This document shows positions 1-12,373 of a stretch of DNA of 64,000 nt, piece by piece. The DNA comes from Eledone cirrhosa (lineage: Eukaryota), in NCBI GenBank assembly GCA_964016885.1, contig OZ024759.1:22258001-22322000 (forward strand), written 5' to 3'. A program made the translations under genes and the position numbers. The notes under the pieces are model-generated. The model made no database searches. It worked only from the letters and a program-made list of their open reading frames with translations, and was not told where the DNA came from. Each line of letters opens with the position of its first letter. The stretch's first letter is position 1.

Positions 1-115
1 TGGTGATAGGGAATGAGGGAGAACATGAGGTGGGGTGAATTTATGAGAAGTGAGTAATGCTTGGCACTATTGTGATATCCAGACGCGTGCTCCCTTCCGC
101 CTCATTTATATCACT

Positions 116-196
<81 letters not shown>

Positions 197-262
197 AGAT
201 GTATATATATATGTGTAGATGTATATATATATACACACACACACATGTATATACATATATAT

Positions 263-293
<31 letters not shown>

Positions 294-408
294 CACATAC
301 ATACATACACATATATATATACATACATACACACACACATATATACACACACACACACACACACATATATATATGTATATATATATATAGATCGATAGAT
401 AGATACAC

Positions 409-451
<43 letters not shown>

Positions 452-759
452 TGTATACATACATGTATATATATATATATATAGACACACACAGACACAT
501 ACAGGCATTAATAGCCTGTTATCTGACACTACGTAAACATGACAACATGTTGTTCTTTAATATCAGATTTTGTCAAATCATTTATCTGCAGCAATATACG
601 CATATACATTCAATTATAAACACACACATACTTCCCTTATCTGTCTGTTTTTCTCTTTATAAAACACACACACACACATATATATATATATAAGTTAAAA
701 CAATGAAATAAAAAAATCAAGTCATTAGAGATATACTTCACTGCTTTACGATCGTTTCT

Positions 760-802
<43 letters not shown>

Positions 803-1146
803 TTAATACAATAACAGAGATAGTTTAAAGCTAAACTCTGACTGGTAACCATCTCACTCAACAAACATTAGGTTATATTAAAATATAAACCCAATTTAAG
901 TGTTTGGGGTGCTAACAATATGTATAATGTGGAAAAACCAGTTGTATTATTTTATGAGATATAATTAAAGTTAAAGTATATCTCTCTTTCCAAACAATTG
1001 TTTCATTATAAGTTTTCTACAAGTTTGGGAGAATATTTCCAGTTTATGTAGAAGCCTAATATATATTCATGTAAGAATATATTTAGGTGGGCACTTATAA
1101 ATCGTCAGTGGAAGCCCATTAAACATTGATATAAGAAAACAAATTT

Positions 1147-1290
1147 CTTACCGCTGTCAAAAATCATGTCCGTACAGTAGCTCTCTCTCACCTCGAATGA
1201 CCGCCAAATTTGAAATTCCAGCAGTTTTTGACTGAGGAAGTATCATAGTGACACGAAGCGGGAAGGGGAGACAACCCACGAAATGAGGAA
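1147..1290 (-). other. Possible first exon/promoter of a divergent minus-strand gene
   Basis: Locally CpG-rich unique sequence; minus-strand donor GCG|GTAAGA at 1152/1151; possible second exon about 503-585. Confidence 0.3.
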
Positions 1291-2072
1291 AAAATAATAT
1301 ACACGCGGGTTAATTAGTTTTTTTGAAAACATTATCAATCCGACGTGTTTAAGAACTCAATTGAAAATAAAAAAATAAATATATGCTTGTATAAATTACA
1401 CACGCATATAGATATTTTCTTAGGCTAAATCAGAAGTTGTACCCGAATAAGAACCGCTTCTCATAACCGCAGTAAATGCAGAAAGTTATGCTATAAAGGG
1501 CAAATGGGAATATAATTCTCCGGCCGAATTAAGAGTAAAATATAAAACACACGCGGGTTAATTAGTTATTTCAAAACCAATATCAATTCCTCGTGTAAAG
1601 AACTCAATTAATAAAAGAAAATAAATACATATATGCGTGTAATTATATACGTAGGCATATATATATATATTTTCTTAGGCTAAAAAACAGAGAAGTTACA
1701 ACCAAAAAAAGCCACAATATTTCACAACGGTAATAAATACGGAAAGTCAAATTCATAAGGTACCTGGAAATAAACACCTCTGGCCAATCAAGAGTAAATA
1801 TTTAATACAATAACAGAGATAGTTTAAAGCTAAACTCTGACTGGTAACCATCTCACTCAACAAACATTAGGTTATATTAAAATATAAACCCAATTTAAGT
1901 GTTTGGGGTGCTAACAATATGTATAATGTGGGAAAACCAGTTGTATTATTTTATGAGATATAATTAAAGTTAAAGTATATCTCTATATATATTTATATAT
2001 GTGTGTGTCTCCCACCCTTGCAAGCAGGGAAAAGCGGATGTAAAATGATAAACATGATATACATATATGTTC

Positions 2073-2166
<94 letters not shown>

Positions 2167-2181
2167 ACATATATGTATATA

Positions 2182-2212
<31 letters not shown>

Positions 2213-3624
2213 ATATGTGTGTGTGTACACACACTGATATAGTCTCTTATGTATTTCCTCCTTCACGTTTTTACTCTTCCTCTTTCTCCTCACACTATCC
2301 TTCATCTGAAATCATTCTCTTTCCTCATTAAACAGTGTTTAGGAAATCATTACAGTTGTAATGTCAGATATATATGTAAGGATCTACCTAAAACCACATC
2401 CTCCATAACAGGTAAAGAACTTAGTTCCTTTTTTTTGAAAAAAAAAAAATTTATGTAAAGGCTTATGTGTGGCCTATGCTAAATGTGTTGGACTTGGGAT
2501 CGTTATGTTGTGGGTTCAATTCCTGGACTGGGTTGTGTGTTGTGATCTTGAGCTACAGTATACTCAGCTAAAAATGAGTACCAGCAATAGCTGGTGACTT
2601 AACCCTGCAATGGACTGGCGTACTGTCCAGGAGTGTGTCTTATACTTTTAGTTGCTTAAATGCCATGGAAACTGGGATAAGCACCAGTCTGATGAAACTC
2701 TGGGTTTGAGACAGACTTTAGACTACATGTAACCATATCATCATCATCATCATGTCCACACTTTCTCCATCCACTCTTGCATGGGTTGGATGGGTCCTTT
2801 TCAGGTCAGCACCTCTCCACACATCACGTTCCTTTGTCATCTTCTCTGTGGGTTTCAGTGATTTGAGATTAGCTCTCACCACCTCTGCCCAGATCTTCCT
2901 TGGTCTACCTCTACTTCAGCTTCCTTCTACTTGGATTTCCTGGCACTTCTTCACCCAGAGATCATTATCCATACACATCACCTATCCAAACCAATGCACA
3001 CTACATCTGATTCCTCTTATACCCAGTTCATCCAAGCTCTGCCTTTCTCCCACATTTACATTGCTCACCTATCGAAGCATGTTTGCTTCATTTTTCCAGC
3101 CTTCTCACGTCCTATGTATTCAATGCAAATGTTTAACTACCATGCAGCATCACACTTCATACACAGGCATCATACAGCCATCCATTCATTCATAGGGAGA
3201 AACTTTTTGTTGACAACAGAGTGTGCAACTCCTTGAACTTCTTCCAGCCTTTCCTTATTCTTAGTTATTATGCTCTCAGTTAAATATATCACCCATCTAG
3301 CAGATGCTATAAACCACTTCTATGAATCCTTTATGTGGTTGGAGAAGGATTATATCTCTGCCCCTCACACTATGAATTACCCCTGTACATCTATTACTTA
3401 CAAAATCTATCTTTCCTTTCAGGATCCTACTTTAAATGTAAATACCTAATTGCTTAAAAAAATACTTTTGGTATAATTGGCAAATAATGATCCCAATAAT
3501 TAAATGTCATAAAACTTAATAATGTATGATGAGAATATCACAGATATAATTGAGAAAGTAGATAGTTTTAATTTTAAAAAATTAGAAATATTTCCTTTCT
3601 TTAAATTGATTTGCTATTGAAGCA

Positions 3625-3942
3625 TCATCATTATCATCCTCATCATCCTCATCACCATCACCATCACCATTATCATCATCATCATCATTATCATCATCAT
3701 CATTATCATTATCATTATCATTATCATTATCATTATCATTATCATTATCATTATCATTATCATTATCATCATCATCATCATTATCATTATCATCACCATC
3801 ATCATCACCATCATCAGCGGCAACATCATCATCATCATTATCACCAGCAACATCACCTCCACCACCACCACCACCACCACCACCATCATCATCATCATTA
3901 TCACCAGCAACATCACCGCCACCACCACCACCACCATCATCA
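3625..3942. repeat. (CAT)/(CATTAT)/(CAC) compound microsatellite
   Basis: Seen directly. Confidence 0.95.
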
Positions 3943-4322
3943 TGTCTGTAATACAAGTTGGACTGTAGTTGTAATTCAAAAGGTCAGCTTTGTCATACAA
4001 TGTTTCACATTGTCACAACGTAATTCTCTTTGAGAATTATGCTAAGGATACACGTGCCTATGGAAGGAATGTTCAGCCACTTACACATTGATTTCATAAG
4101 CATACCATACTGGTCATGAAACAACTGGAACACTCATCATAGAATTTCCTGAAGATGACAAATTGATCCAGAATTTACTATTGTCTAACTATAAAAATAG
4201 GCATTATTATATATATATATAAGTATTGAAGTTTCTGTTGAAAATTGAAAAAGTCATAGGAGTGAAGAGTGCTCTATGTAAGTACCAGAGCTAAATTTAA
4301 TGTATAATAAACAATACTATAT

Positions 4323-4400
4323 AATTACCTCATTACCAGAGGTTTCCCGAATAAGACGAATACGAAAAACGTCCTCATTCGTTCATCGGACAAGGCAATT
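4323..4400 (-). ncRNA. Type I hammerhead motif (U4C core variant)
   Basis: AATTGCCTTGT-CCGATGA-stem II-GAAA-CC tct GG-TA-ATGAGGTAATT on the minus strand. Confidence 0.65.
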
Positions 4401-4494
4401 TAAAACATAGTGAAATATTTGAAAAATCTCCTCAAGAAAGGCAAGAGTTTAACTGGCAAAAAAAAACATATATATATATATGTATATACATATA

Positions 4495-4538
<44 letters not shown>

Positions 4539-4884
4539 TCATCATCATTCATCATTTCATTTTACGTCCGCTTTTTCCTTGCTTGCAAGGGTGGGACGGG
4601 AACTGATTCTGGCTTGATTTCTACAGCTGGATGCCCTTCCTAACACCAACCTCATTTACAGTGAGTGCTGGCTGCTTTTTTGCCGTGGGACCTCCACGAC
4701 CACTTTGCAGTGGAATGATATGGACCCCAATCCCTATCATCTCATTTCTACAGCTGAGTAAACTGGAGCAATGTGAAATAAAGTGTCTTGCTCAAGGAAA
4801 CAACACATCACCCGGTCTGAGAATTGAACTCACAACCTTTCGATTGCAAGACCAATGCTCTAACCACTAAGCCATGTGCCTCCA
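4539..4884 (-). mobile_element. tRNA-head SINE with RTE-like 3' end and (TGA)n tail
   Basis: Box A TGGCTTAGTGG and box B GTTCAATTC; near-identical to the copies at 5078 and 11779. Confidence 0.85.
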
Positions 4885-5029
4885 TATATATATGATCAAT
4901 AGCAAAATGCGCGCCACTACTCAATAAATGTAATGAAGACTCAACAAATCTTCCTTTTTATTATATATTTATATATATATAATAAAAAGGAAGATTTGTT
5001 GAGTCTTCATTACGTTTATTCCTTTTTAT

Positions 5030-5063
<34 letters not shown>

Positions 5064-5077
5064 CATATATATATAAT

Positions 5078-5430
5078 GGTGGAGGCACATGGCTTAGTGG
5101 TTAGAGCATTGGCTTTGCAATCGAAAGGTTGTGAGTTCAATTCTCAGACCGGGTGATGTGTTGTTTCCTTGAGCAAGACACTTTATTTCATGTTGCTCCA
5201 GTTTACTCAGCTGTAGAAATGAGATTATAGGGACTGGGATCCCGATCATTCCACTGTAGAGTGGTCGTGGAGGTGCCACGGCAAAAAAGCACCCAGCACT
5301 CACTGTAAATGAGGTTGGTGTTAGGAAGGGCATCCAGCTGTAGAAATCAAGCCAGAATCAGTTCCCGTCCCACCCTTGCAAGCAGGGAAAAGCGGACGTA
5401 AAATGAAATGATGATGATGATGATGATGAT
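5078..5430 (+). mobile_element. tRNA-head SINE with RTE-like 3' end
   Basis: Same family as 4539-4884, opposite orientation. Confidence 0.85.
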
Positions 5431-5756
5431 AATAAAAAGGAAGATTTGTTGAGTCTTCATTACGTTTATTGAGTAGTGGCGCGCATTTTGCTATTGATCT
5501 GTATCGATCTAGCTTGACTCTGGAATCAAAAGCTCGTTGAACCTTTGATGTGGTTATGACAGAATGAACCTCTTAGGGCATAGAAAAGGTATATAACGAT
5601 CCACATTCATTTATGGTGGTCAGTTAAAGTTTGTTTTGATTGGTTGTTTTGCTAGAAGGAATATTTTGGTATGTGTGAGAGGTGGGTAGAAGCATTATAA
5701 TGAAGAGGTGGTGGCGAGGACGTTACATTCCTAATATATTTATATATACATACATA

Positions 5757-6068
5757 CAGTTCTTCCCCGATATTCCTAGATCACCCATGAAGAGTGAAAA
5801 ACCTCGAATATTGGACGTGATCCATAAAAATGCCCATAAATGTCTAAACATAATGTAAAATATAGGCCAGCAAATACGGTATATTGTTGTTAATATTTTA
5901 GCGTTAAAAAGCGTGGAAAAATATATATTGTCACGAAAAAAGCCATAAAAAATCGCAGAAGATATTTACAATTCTGCAAAATAAATGGTGATTTCCATGA
6001 ACAATTATTGGTTAGGTTCTATGGAAAATTTTGTGAATATCAGGACTGCGAATGCTGGATGTACACTG
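5757..6068. mobile_element. Decayed Tc1/pogo-like MITE
   Basis: TA|CAGT...ACTG|TA ends with weak TIR. Confidence 0.35.
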
Positions 6069-6493
6069 TATATATATATATATATATATATATACACAAT
6101 ATATTAATAAATGGAATTTATAAACCCATAATTATTTTATTATATATATTTCAAGGGCAACCAAGGCAAATTATAAATATAGTTTCCATTTATTAATATA
6201 TTGAATATTTACTCCACTAATCTGTAGAGTGCTTTATATCAGTTATAACATTTTTAAGCTTGTTGAATCCCAACAAATTAAATATAACCTCTGCATAGAT
6301 ATATACATATAGTTTAGGTGTTGTAATGTCCAATTACTGTAGGTTCACCAGAGTGAGCACTTGATGCGTAGTTTCAAGTAGTATATTGGTGTTGTACTAA
6401 GTAGGGTGTAATACTACTAATAATAAAAAGAACGAAGTGTTAGATTATCATTACCTTTATTGAAGTGTACACACCTCAATAAATATATATATA

Positions 6494-6810
6494 TATAAAA
6501 TGGAAAACAAAGAATCAGTGATGCATCGGAACTCAATTTATTGCGTATTACAATTGTTTTCCCGGCGAACAGCTTGAGGTGCGATCTGTTGGTGGATTGA
6601 ACCTGACTCTTGCGAATCCAGAGTCAGGTTTGATCCACCAACAGATCGCACCTCAAGCTGTTCACCGGGGAAACAATTGTAATACGCAATAAATTGAGTT
6701 TCGATGCATCACTGATTCTTTGTTTTCCATTTTATAATACTCTGCTCTGTAGGAGCATAGAGTGCTCAACCGGCATATCGCCTATGGACGCATCTTAACT
6801 ACCATAAGAC
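6494..6810. mobile_element. Palindromic Penelope-like pLTR remnant in (TA)n
   Basis: About 117-bp inverted arms (6494-6736) with a 9-nt loop; GAAACAATTGTA + AATAAA in the arm; one-sided tail to about 6810. Confidence 0.55.
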
Positions 6811-7805
6811 ATATATATATATATATATATTGAATACTCTGTTGAAAAATGCTCCAACTAGTTTAATACTGGTTTAATGGTGGTGAACCTACAGTAACTG
6901 GACGTTTCAATCCTTATATATATAGATATATATCCATTTGTAGTTGACGGCTAAGAGAATAGGAGAAAGAAATACTCAGTAATGAAGTAGAGTTTTAATA
7001 GGCTGCATAGTGAGTCTCGTTACTTTGGAGATTCGTCTGTTTATCACAGGGTCATCAGACAAGAACAGTTCTTTTGTATGATGACTCTGTGATAAACAGA
7101 CAATTGGAAGTTTTGGCAGAGTGTTGGACAACATGCTGTGCAGCATAGAGTTTATGGCCCTTTCTGTTCTGAGTTCAAATCCTGCTGAGGTTAGCTTTGC
7201 CTTTCATCCATACGGATTCGATAAAATAAAGTACCAGTAATGGACTGGGTCGATCTAATCAATTTTCTCCTCCCCTCAAATTGTGGGCCTTGTGCCTAAA
7301 TCAGAATTCATGGACATGTGATGCACATGGACAATGACTGATAGGTGAAGGGATACCAGGAAATCCCAGTGTAAGGAAGCTTGCAATAGAGGACAACCAA
7401 GAAGGATATGAGCAGAGGTTGTGAGAGCTGACCTCAAATCGCTAAGATTGGCAGAGTAGATGACGAAGGAACACGACAAGTGGTGAGATGACGTGCTGAG
7501 AAGGATCCGTCCAAGACATGTAAGCATTGAAAAGAGGATATAAAAATGATGATGATGATTATAAAGGCACTACGTGTGTGGATTGATATTAAAATTAGAA
7601 GCATGTGGAATTTTGTAATGCAAACAAATCCACTCAGTAAGTAGTTATGTCCTGTATATATCCGGTTAATAAATATTGACAAAAGTGAGTGGAGTAGGGT
7701 GGAATGAATGCTATCTGGCATCATACTGCACCCACACCTTCTCTCTTTCTCTCTCTATATATATGTGTTTGTGTGTGTGAGTATGTATATATATACATAT
7801 ATATG

Positions 7806-7849
<44 letters not shown>

Positions 7850-7853
<4 letters not shown>

Positions 7854-8163
7854 TGTTGTAGTTTGCTTGAATCATTGTTGAATAGTAAACACAAATGTAA
7901 ATAATTTAGAAAACCATACAATGCACTAGAAACAAAATTAAAATTGCTAAGATAACAAAAGAATCTTACCTTAGCAAATTTAATAATCCGAAATATTTTC
8001 GGGTTTAAGTCTCTCACATGGATACTCCATTGATAATGGGTTTTTAAACCCGAAAATATTTGGGATTATTAAATTTGCTAAGGTAAGATTCTTTTGTTAT
8101 CTTAGAAATTATAATTTTCTTTCCAGTGCATTGTATGGTTTTCAAAATTATTTAAATTTGTGT
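7850..8163. mobile_element. Palindromic Penelope-like pLTR remnant in (TA)n
   Basis: About 120-bp inverted arms (7889-8163); decayed hammerhead near 8025-8070. Confidence 0.5.
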
Positions 8164-9254
8164 ATATATATATATATATATACATGTGTGTGAGTGGATA
8201 ATAATGAAATAATTGTTTCTACTTAAGGCACAAGGCCAGCAATCACCCAGTGCATTACTGGTACTTTATTTTATCGACCTCGTAAGGATGAAAGGCAAAG
8301 TCAACCTCGGCGGGATTTGAACTCAGATCGTATGAAATAATGAAAATTATTGTGTACAGATATATATATCATCATCATCGTCATTTAACGTCTGTCTTCC
8401 ACGCTAGCATGGCTTGAGGCAAGATTGATCGGGTGACCGTGTCTCACTCGTATAGGACTGTTGTATCTGGCAGGTTTTCTAAGGCTGGATGCCCTTCCTA
8501 ACACCAACCACATTTACAGCGTGGACTGGGTGCTTTTTGTTGTGACACCTACACAACCTCTTTAGTTTGGACTGGATGTTCTGTGGTACCAACAGGTGTG
8601 GGAGGATGGAGTAGGGATAGTGGGTTGGGGTGTATATTTGGTTAAAAGGTACCTACCGACTATAGTTTTAACTTTGTATGTAAGGGAAGGAGGGTCTTCT
8701 GTATTACTGCGTAGCGCCAAAGGTTTTGATCCAGTGGCATTGTCTTAGAGAGGCGTAAGTGTGCAAGGTCAGATTTTATCATGTCGTCCCAATAATGATT
8801 TGGCAGAAAATATCTAAAATCATCATCATCCTCATCCTAGTCATCATCATCATCATCACCATCTCTTATAATCATCATCATCATCCTTGTTATTATTTTT
8901 TTTTTATCATTTTTTTTTTTTTTTTTTTTTTGTTACACCCTCTGTTTTTTGTTTTTTACACACAGAAATGCCCATTTGTACCGTCCTGTTTTGTCCTGCA
9001 CTGTCCTTAATGTCTACTTTATGTAAACCCTTGTGGTTAATAAAGAAATCATTATAATCATCATTATAATCATCAACACCATCATCATTTTCGTCATTGT
9101 CATCACAATCATACTCATCATCATCATCATCGTCATTATCGTCATCATGATCATCACCATCACCACTATCATCATCGTCATCATCATCATCGATTTTAGG
9201 CCCACTTCCCTCACTGTCATGGGTTGAGAGAGAGAATGATGACCCATGATAGGT

Positions 9255-9411
9255 GACAGGACAGAGAGAAGGAGAGAGTGGGGGGGAGAAAGGGGAGAAA
9301 GAGACAGAGAGAGAGAGGGGTGAGAGAAAGATACAGAAGGAGAGAGGTGTGAAAGAGACAGAGAAGGAAAGAGAGAAAGAGTGAGTGAGTGAATGAAAGA
9401 AGGAGAGTGGT

Positions 9412-9454
<43 letters not shown>

Positions 9455-10065
9455 TCAAAAGGAGGGAGGTGAAAAAGAAAGAGAGAAGGAAAGAGAGACA
9501 AGTGAGTGAGTGAATGTGAGAGAGAGAAAGAGAAAGAGAGAGAGACAGAGAAGGAGAGAGAGGTGAGAAAGAGACATAGAAGGAGAGAGGTGAGAAAGAG
9601 ACAGAGAGAAGGAGAGAGGTGAGAAAGAGACAGAGAGAAGGAGAGAGGTGAGAAAGAGACAGAGAAGGAGAGAGGTGAGAAAGAGACAGAGAGAAGGAGA
9701 GAGGTGAGAAAGAGACAGAGAGAAGGAGAGAGAGAGGTGAGAAAGAGACAGAGAGAAGGAGAGAGGTGAGAAAGAGACAGAGAAGAGAGAGAGGTGAGAA
9801 AGAGACAGAGAAGGAGAGAGAGAGGTGAGAAAGAGACGGAGAAGAGAGAGAGGTGAGAAAGAGACAGAGAAGGAGAGAGAGAGGTGAGAAAGAGACAGAG
9901 AGAAGGAGAGAGGTGAGAAAGAGACAGAGAAGGAGAGAGAGAGGTGAGAAAGAGACGGAGAAGGAGAGAGAGAGGTGAGAAAGAGACAGAGAGAAGGAGA
10001 GAGGTGAGAAAGAGACGGAGAGGAGAGAGAGGTGAGAGGGAGAAGGAGAGAGGTGAGAGGGAGTG
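9255..10065. repeat. GA-rich polypurine minisatellite
   Basis: gagaggtgagaaagagacagagaagga units. Confidence 0.95.
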
Positions 10066-10239
10066 AGCTATGAGTGGGAGAGAATGCTAGGATACAATGT
10101 CAATGTCAAACATGCTATCTGCAGAATATGTGTGTAATGTGTGCGTGTGTGTGTGCGTGTGTAATGTGTGTGTGTGTGTAATGTGTGTGTGTGTATGTGA
10201 TAGATTGATAGATAAAGAGACAGACAAATAGAACTATTG

Positions 10240-10274
<35 letters not shown>

Positions 10275-10699
10275 AAGCAAGAAAGAATGAGAGGGAGATT
10301 GAGAGGCAGAGAGAGAGAGAAATAGGGAGTGAGAGAGGCAGAAAGCAAGAAAGAATGAGAGGGAGATTGAGAGGCAGAGAGAGAGAGGGGGAGAAATAGG
10401 GAGTGAGAGAGACAGAAAGCAAGAAAGAATGAGGGAGAGAGAGAGAGCAAACCAAAAGGAGAAAAACCAACTGGACTTTGTACTTAGTGCCTATTTATAA
10501 ATACAGAAAAATATTTTATTTAATACTGATGTAAACAGATAATAAAGTTATATCAAGTGGAGTTATTTGTTAGCTTGGACAGCTTTTAATATTGTGTATA
10601 TTCAAATATAATAGAAAGGCAAGATTCTTATTATTTTTTTTATATTTTTCAAAAAATGATTCCCCAGTCTGTCATTCACAAAAAAATTTAGATTTTTAC

Positions 10700-11030
10700 C
10701 CTATTATGTCAACTGTTAAATTTAGACATTTTCACTAATATATCAACAACTGTTAAATTAAAACTATTTCCTTACTATATCAACAATTGTATAATTTAGA
10801 CTATTTCCCTACTATAACATCTGTTAAATTAAGACTATTTCCCTACTATGCCAACTGTTAAATTAAGACTAGTTCCCTACTATGGCAACTGTTAAATTAA
10901 GACTAGTTCCCTACTATAACAACAACTGTTAAATTTAGACTATTTCCCTACTATGCCAACCGTTAAATTAAGACTATTTCCCTATTATATCAACCACTGT
11001 TAAATCAAGACAGTTTTCTGTTCTATATCA
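10700..11030. repeat. About 37-40-bp minisatellite, about 8 units
   Basis: aactgttaaattaagactatttccctactat units. Confidence 0.9.
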
Positions 11031-11143
11031 AACAATAAACTTGTTGAATCGTTTCAAAATTCTGTTGTATTTTGTCTGGACTTGTCCTAAAAAAGCTTTA
11101 TGGATAATAATTTTAACTTTCATGAAAAAAAAACAATTCCTCG

Positions 11144-11189
<46 letters not shown>

Positions 11190-11354
11190 ATAGAATATGC
11201 TTCAATCATTCCCGGTAGGAGCTGTTTAAGATATATATATATATTTGGGCTCGAAAATATTATTAACTGCCAATATTAATTCTTTTTGGTTACTCCACAC
11301 ATATATATATATTTGTGTGTATATGTATATATATATATATATACACACACATAC

Positions 11355-11386
<32 letters not shown>

Positions 11387-11564
11387 AGTTGACAGACAAG
11401 AGACAAGAGTATTCAATATGGAAGTAGAGTTTAAATATTCATTTATTATGGCTAAGCAGTGAGTCTTGCTACTCCGGAGTTTCATCTGCACACTCACAGG
11501 ATCATTAGTCATGTCTGATAATGTGTGTGCATGCCATAATAAATGAATATATATATATGTATAT

Positions 11565-11761
11565 AATGAAGCAGGTGTGGTAAGGAACCAGATGGACCAT
11601 AACGCACCAGAGTACTCAATATTTAGGGTAGTAGAGTGGGTAATAGGAAAATGTTTAACCCCGACGGCAGAGCTGAAGCCGTTTCGATGGCTATTTCTGG
11701 AGTCTAGAAATAGCCGTCGAAACGGCTTGAGTACTGCCGTCGGGGTTAAACATTTTCCTAT
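11565..11761. mobile_element. Palindromic Penelope-like pLTR remnant in (TA)n
   Basis: Near-perfect palindrome 11643-11761 with GAAACGGC-loop-GCCGTC; tail 11565-11642. Confidence 0.55.
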
Positions 11762-11778
11762 ATATGTATATATATATA

Positions 11779-12112
11779 TGGAGGCACATGGCTTAGTGGT
11801 TAGAGCATTGGCCTTGCAATCGAAAGGTTGTGAGTTCAATTCTCAGACCGGGTGATGTGTTGTTTCCTTGAGCAAGACACTTTATTTCACATTGCTCCAG
11901 TTTACTCAGCTGTAGAAATGAGATGATAGGGACAGGGGTCACTATCATTCCACTGCAAAGTGGTCGTGGAGGTGCCACGGAAAAAAAGCACGCAGCACTC
12001 ACTGTAAATGAGGTTGGTGTTAGGAAGGGCATCCAGCTGTAGAAATCAGGCCAGAATCAGTTCCCGTCCCACCCTTGCAAGCAGGGAAAAGCGGACGTAA
12101 AATGAAATGATG
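11779..12112 (+). mobile_element. tRNA-head SINE with RTE-like 3' end
   Basis: Same family; further partial heads near 19250-19370(-), 26772-26890(+), 45112-45261(-). Confidence 0.85.
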
Positions 12113-12301
12113 TGTGTGTTTGTGTGTATTATTATGTGAGTAACTTGTGGTTACTAGCGGCAACGCTGGTCAAAGCACTTGAGGTTATTATGGGGTCCAT
12201 CTCTCATTGGGTTGTGCTCCAAGTTTAAGGTGGATGTAGTTTCCAGAGTGTGTATATACAGAGTGATAATAAGAATTGCAGCTTTTTGTGAAACTTTATT
12301 G

Positions 12302-12373
12302 CATATTACAATTGTTTCTATATTGATCAGCTCAGGTTTAATCAGGCAATTGGATCCAGACTCTTCAGACATG
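12302..12373 (-). ncRNA. Minimal hammerhead motif with palindromic stem III, followed by AATAAA
   Basis: CATGT-CTGAAGA-43 nt-GAAA-CAATTG-TA-ATATG-c-AATAAA on the minus strand. Confidence 0.6.

Noticed and set aside
41-693. Overlapping [12 protein letters not shown] ORFs here and at about 2000, 17400, 27300 and 47000
   Set aside because: Translations of (TA)n/(CA)n microsatellites on both strands; no coding signal.
3582-4033. Asp-rich/His-rich ORFs resembling biomineralisation proteins
   Set aside because: Pure (CAT)/(CAC) microsatellite with no flanking coding sequence or splice sites.
5080-5155. tRNA gene-like sequence
   Set aside because: It is the head of a multi-copy SINE and continues into SINE body and tail; no proper acceptor stem or terminator.
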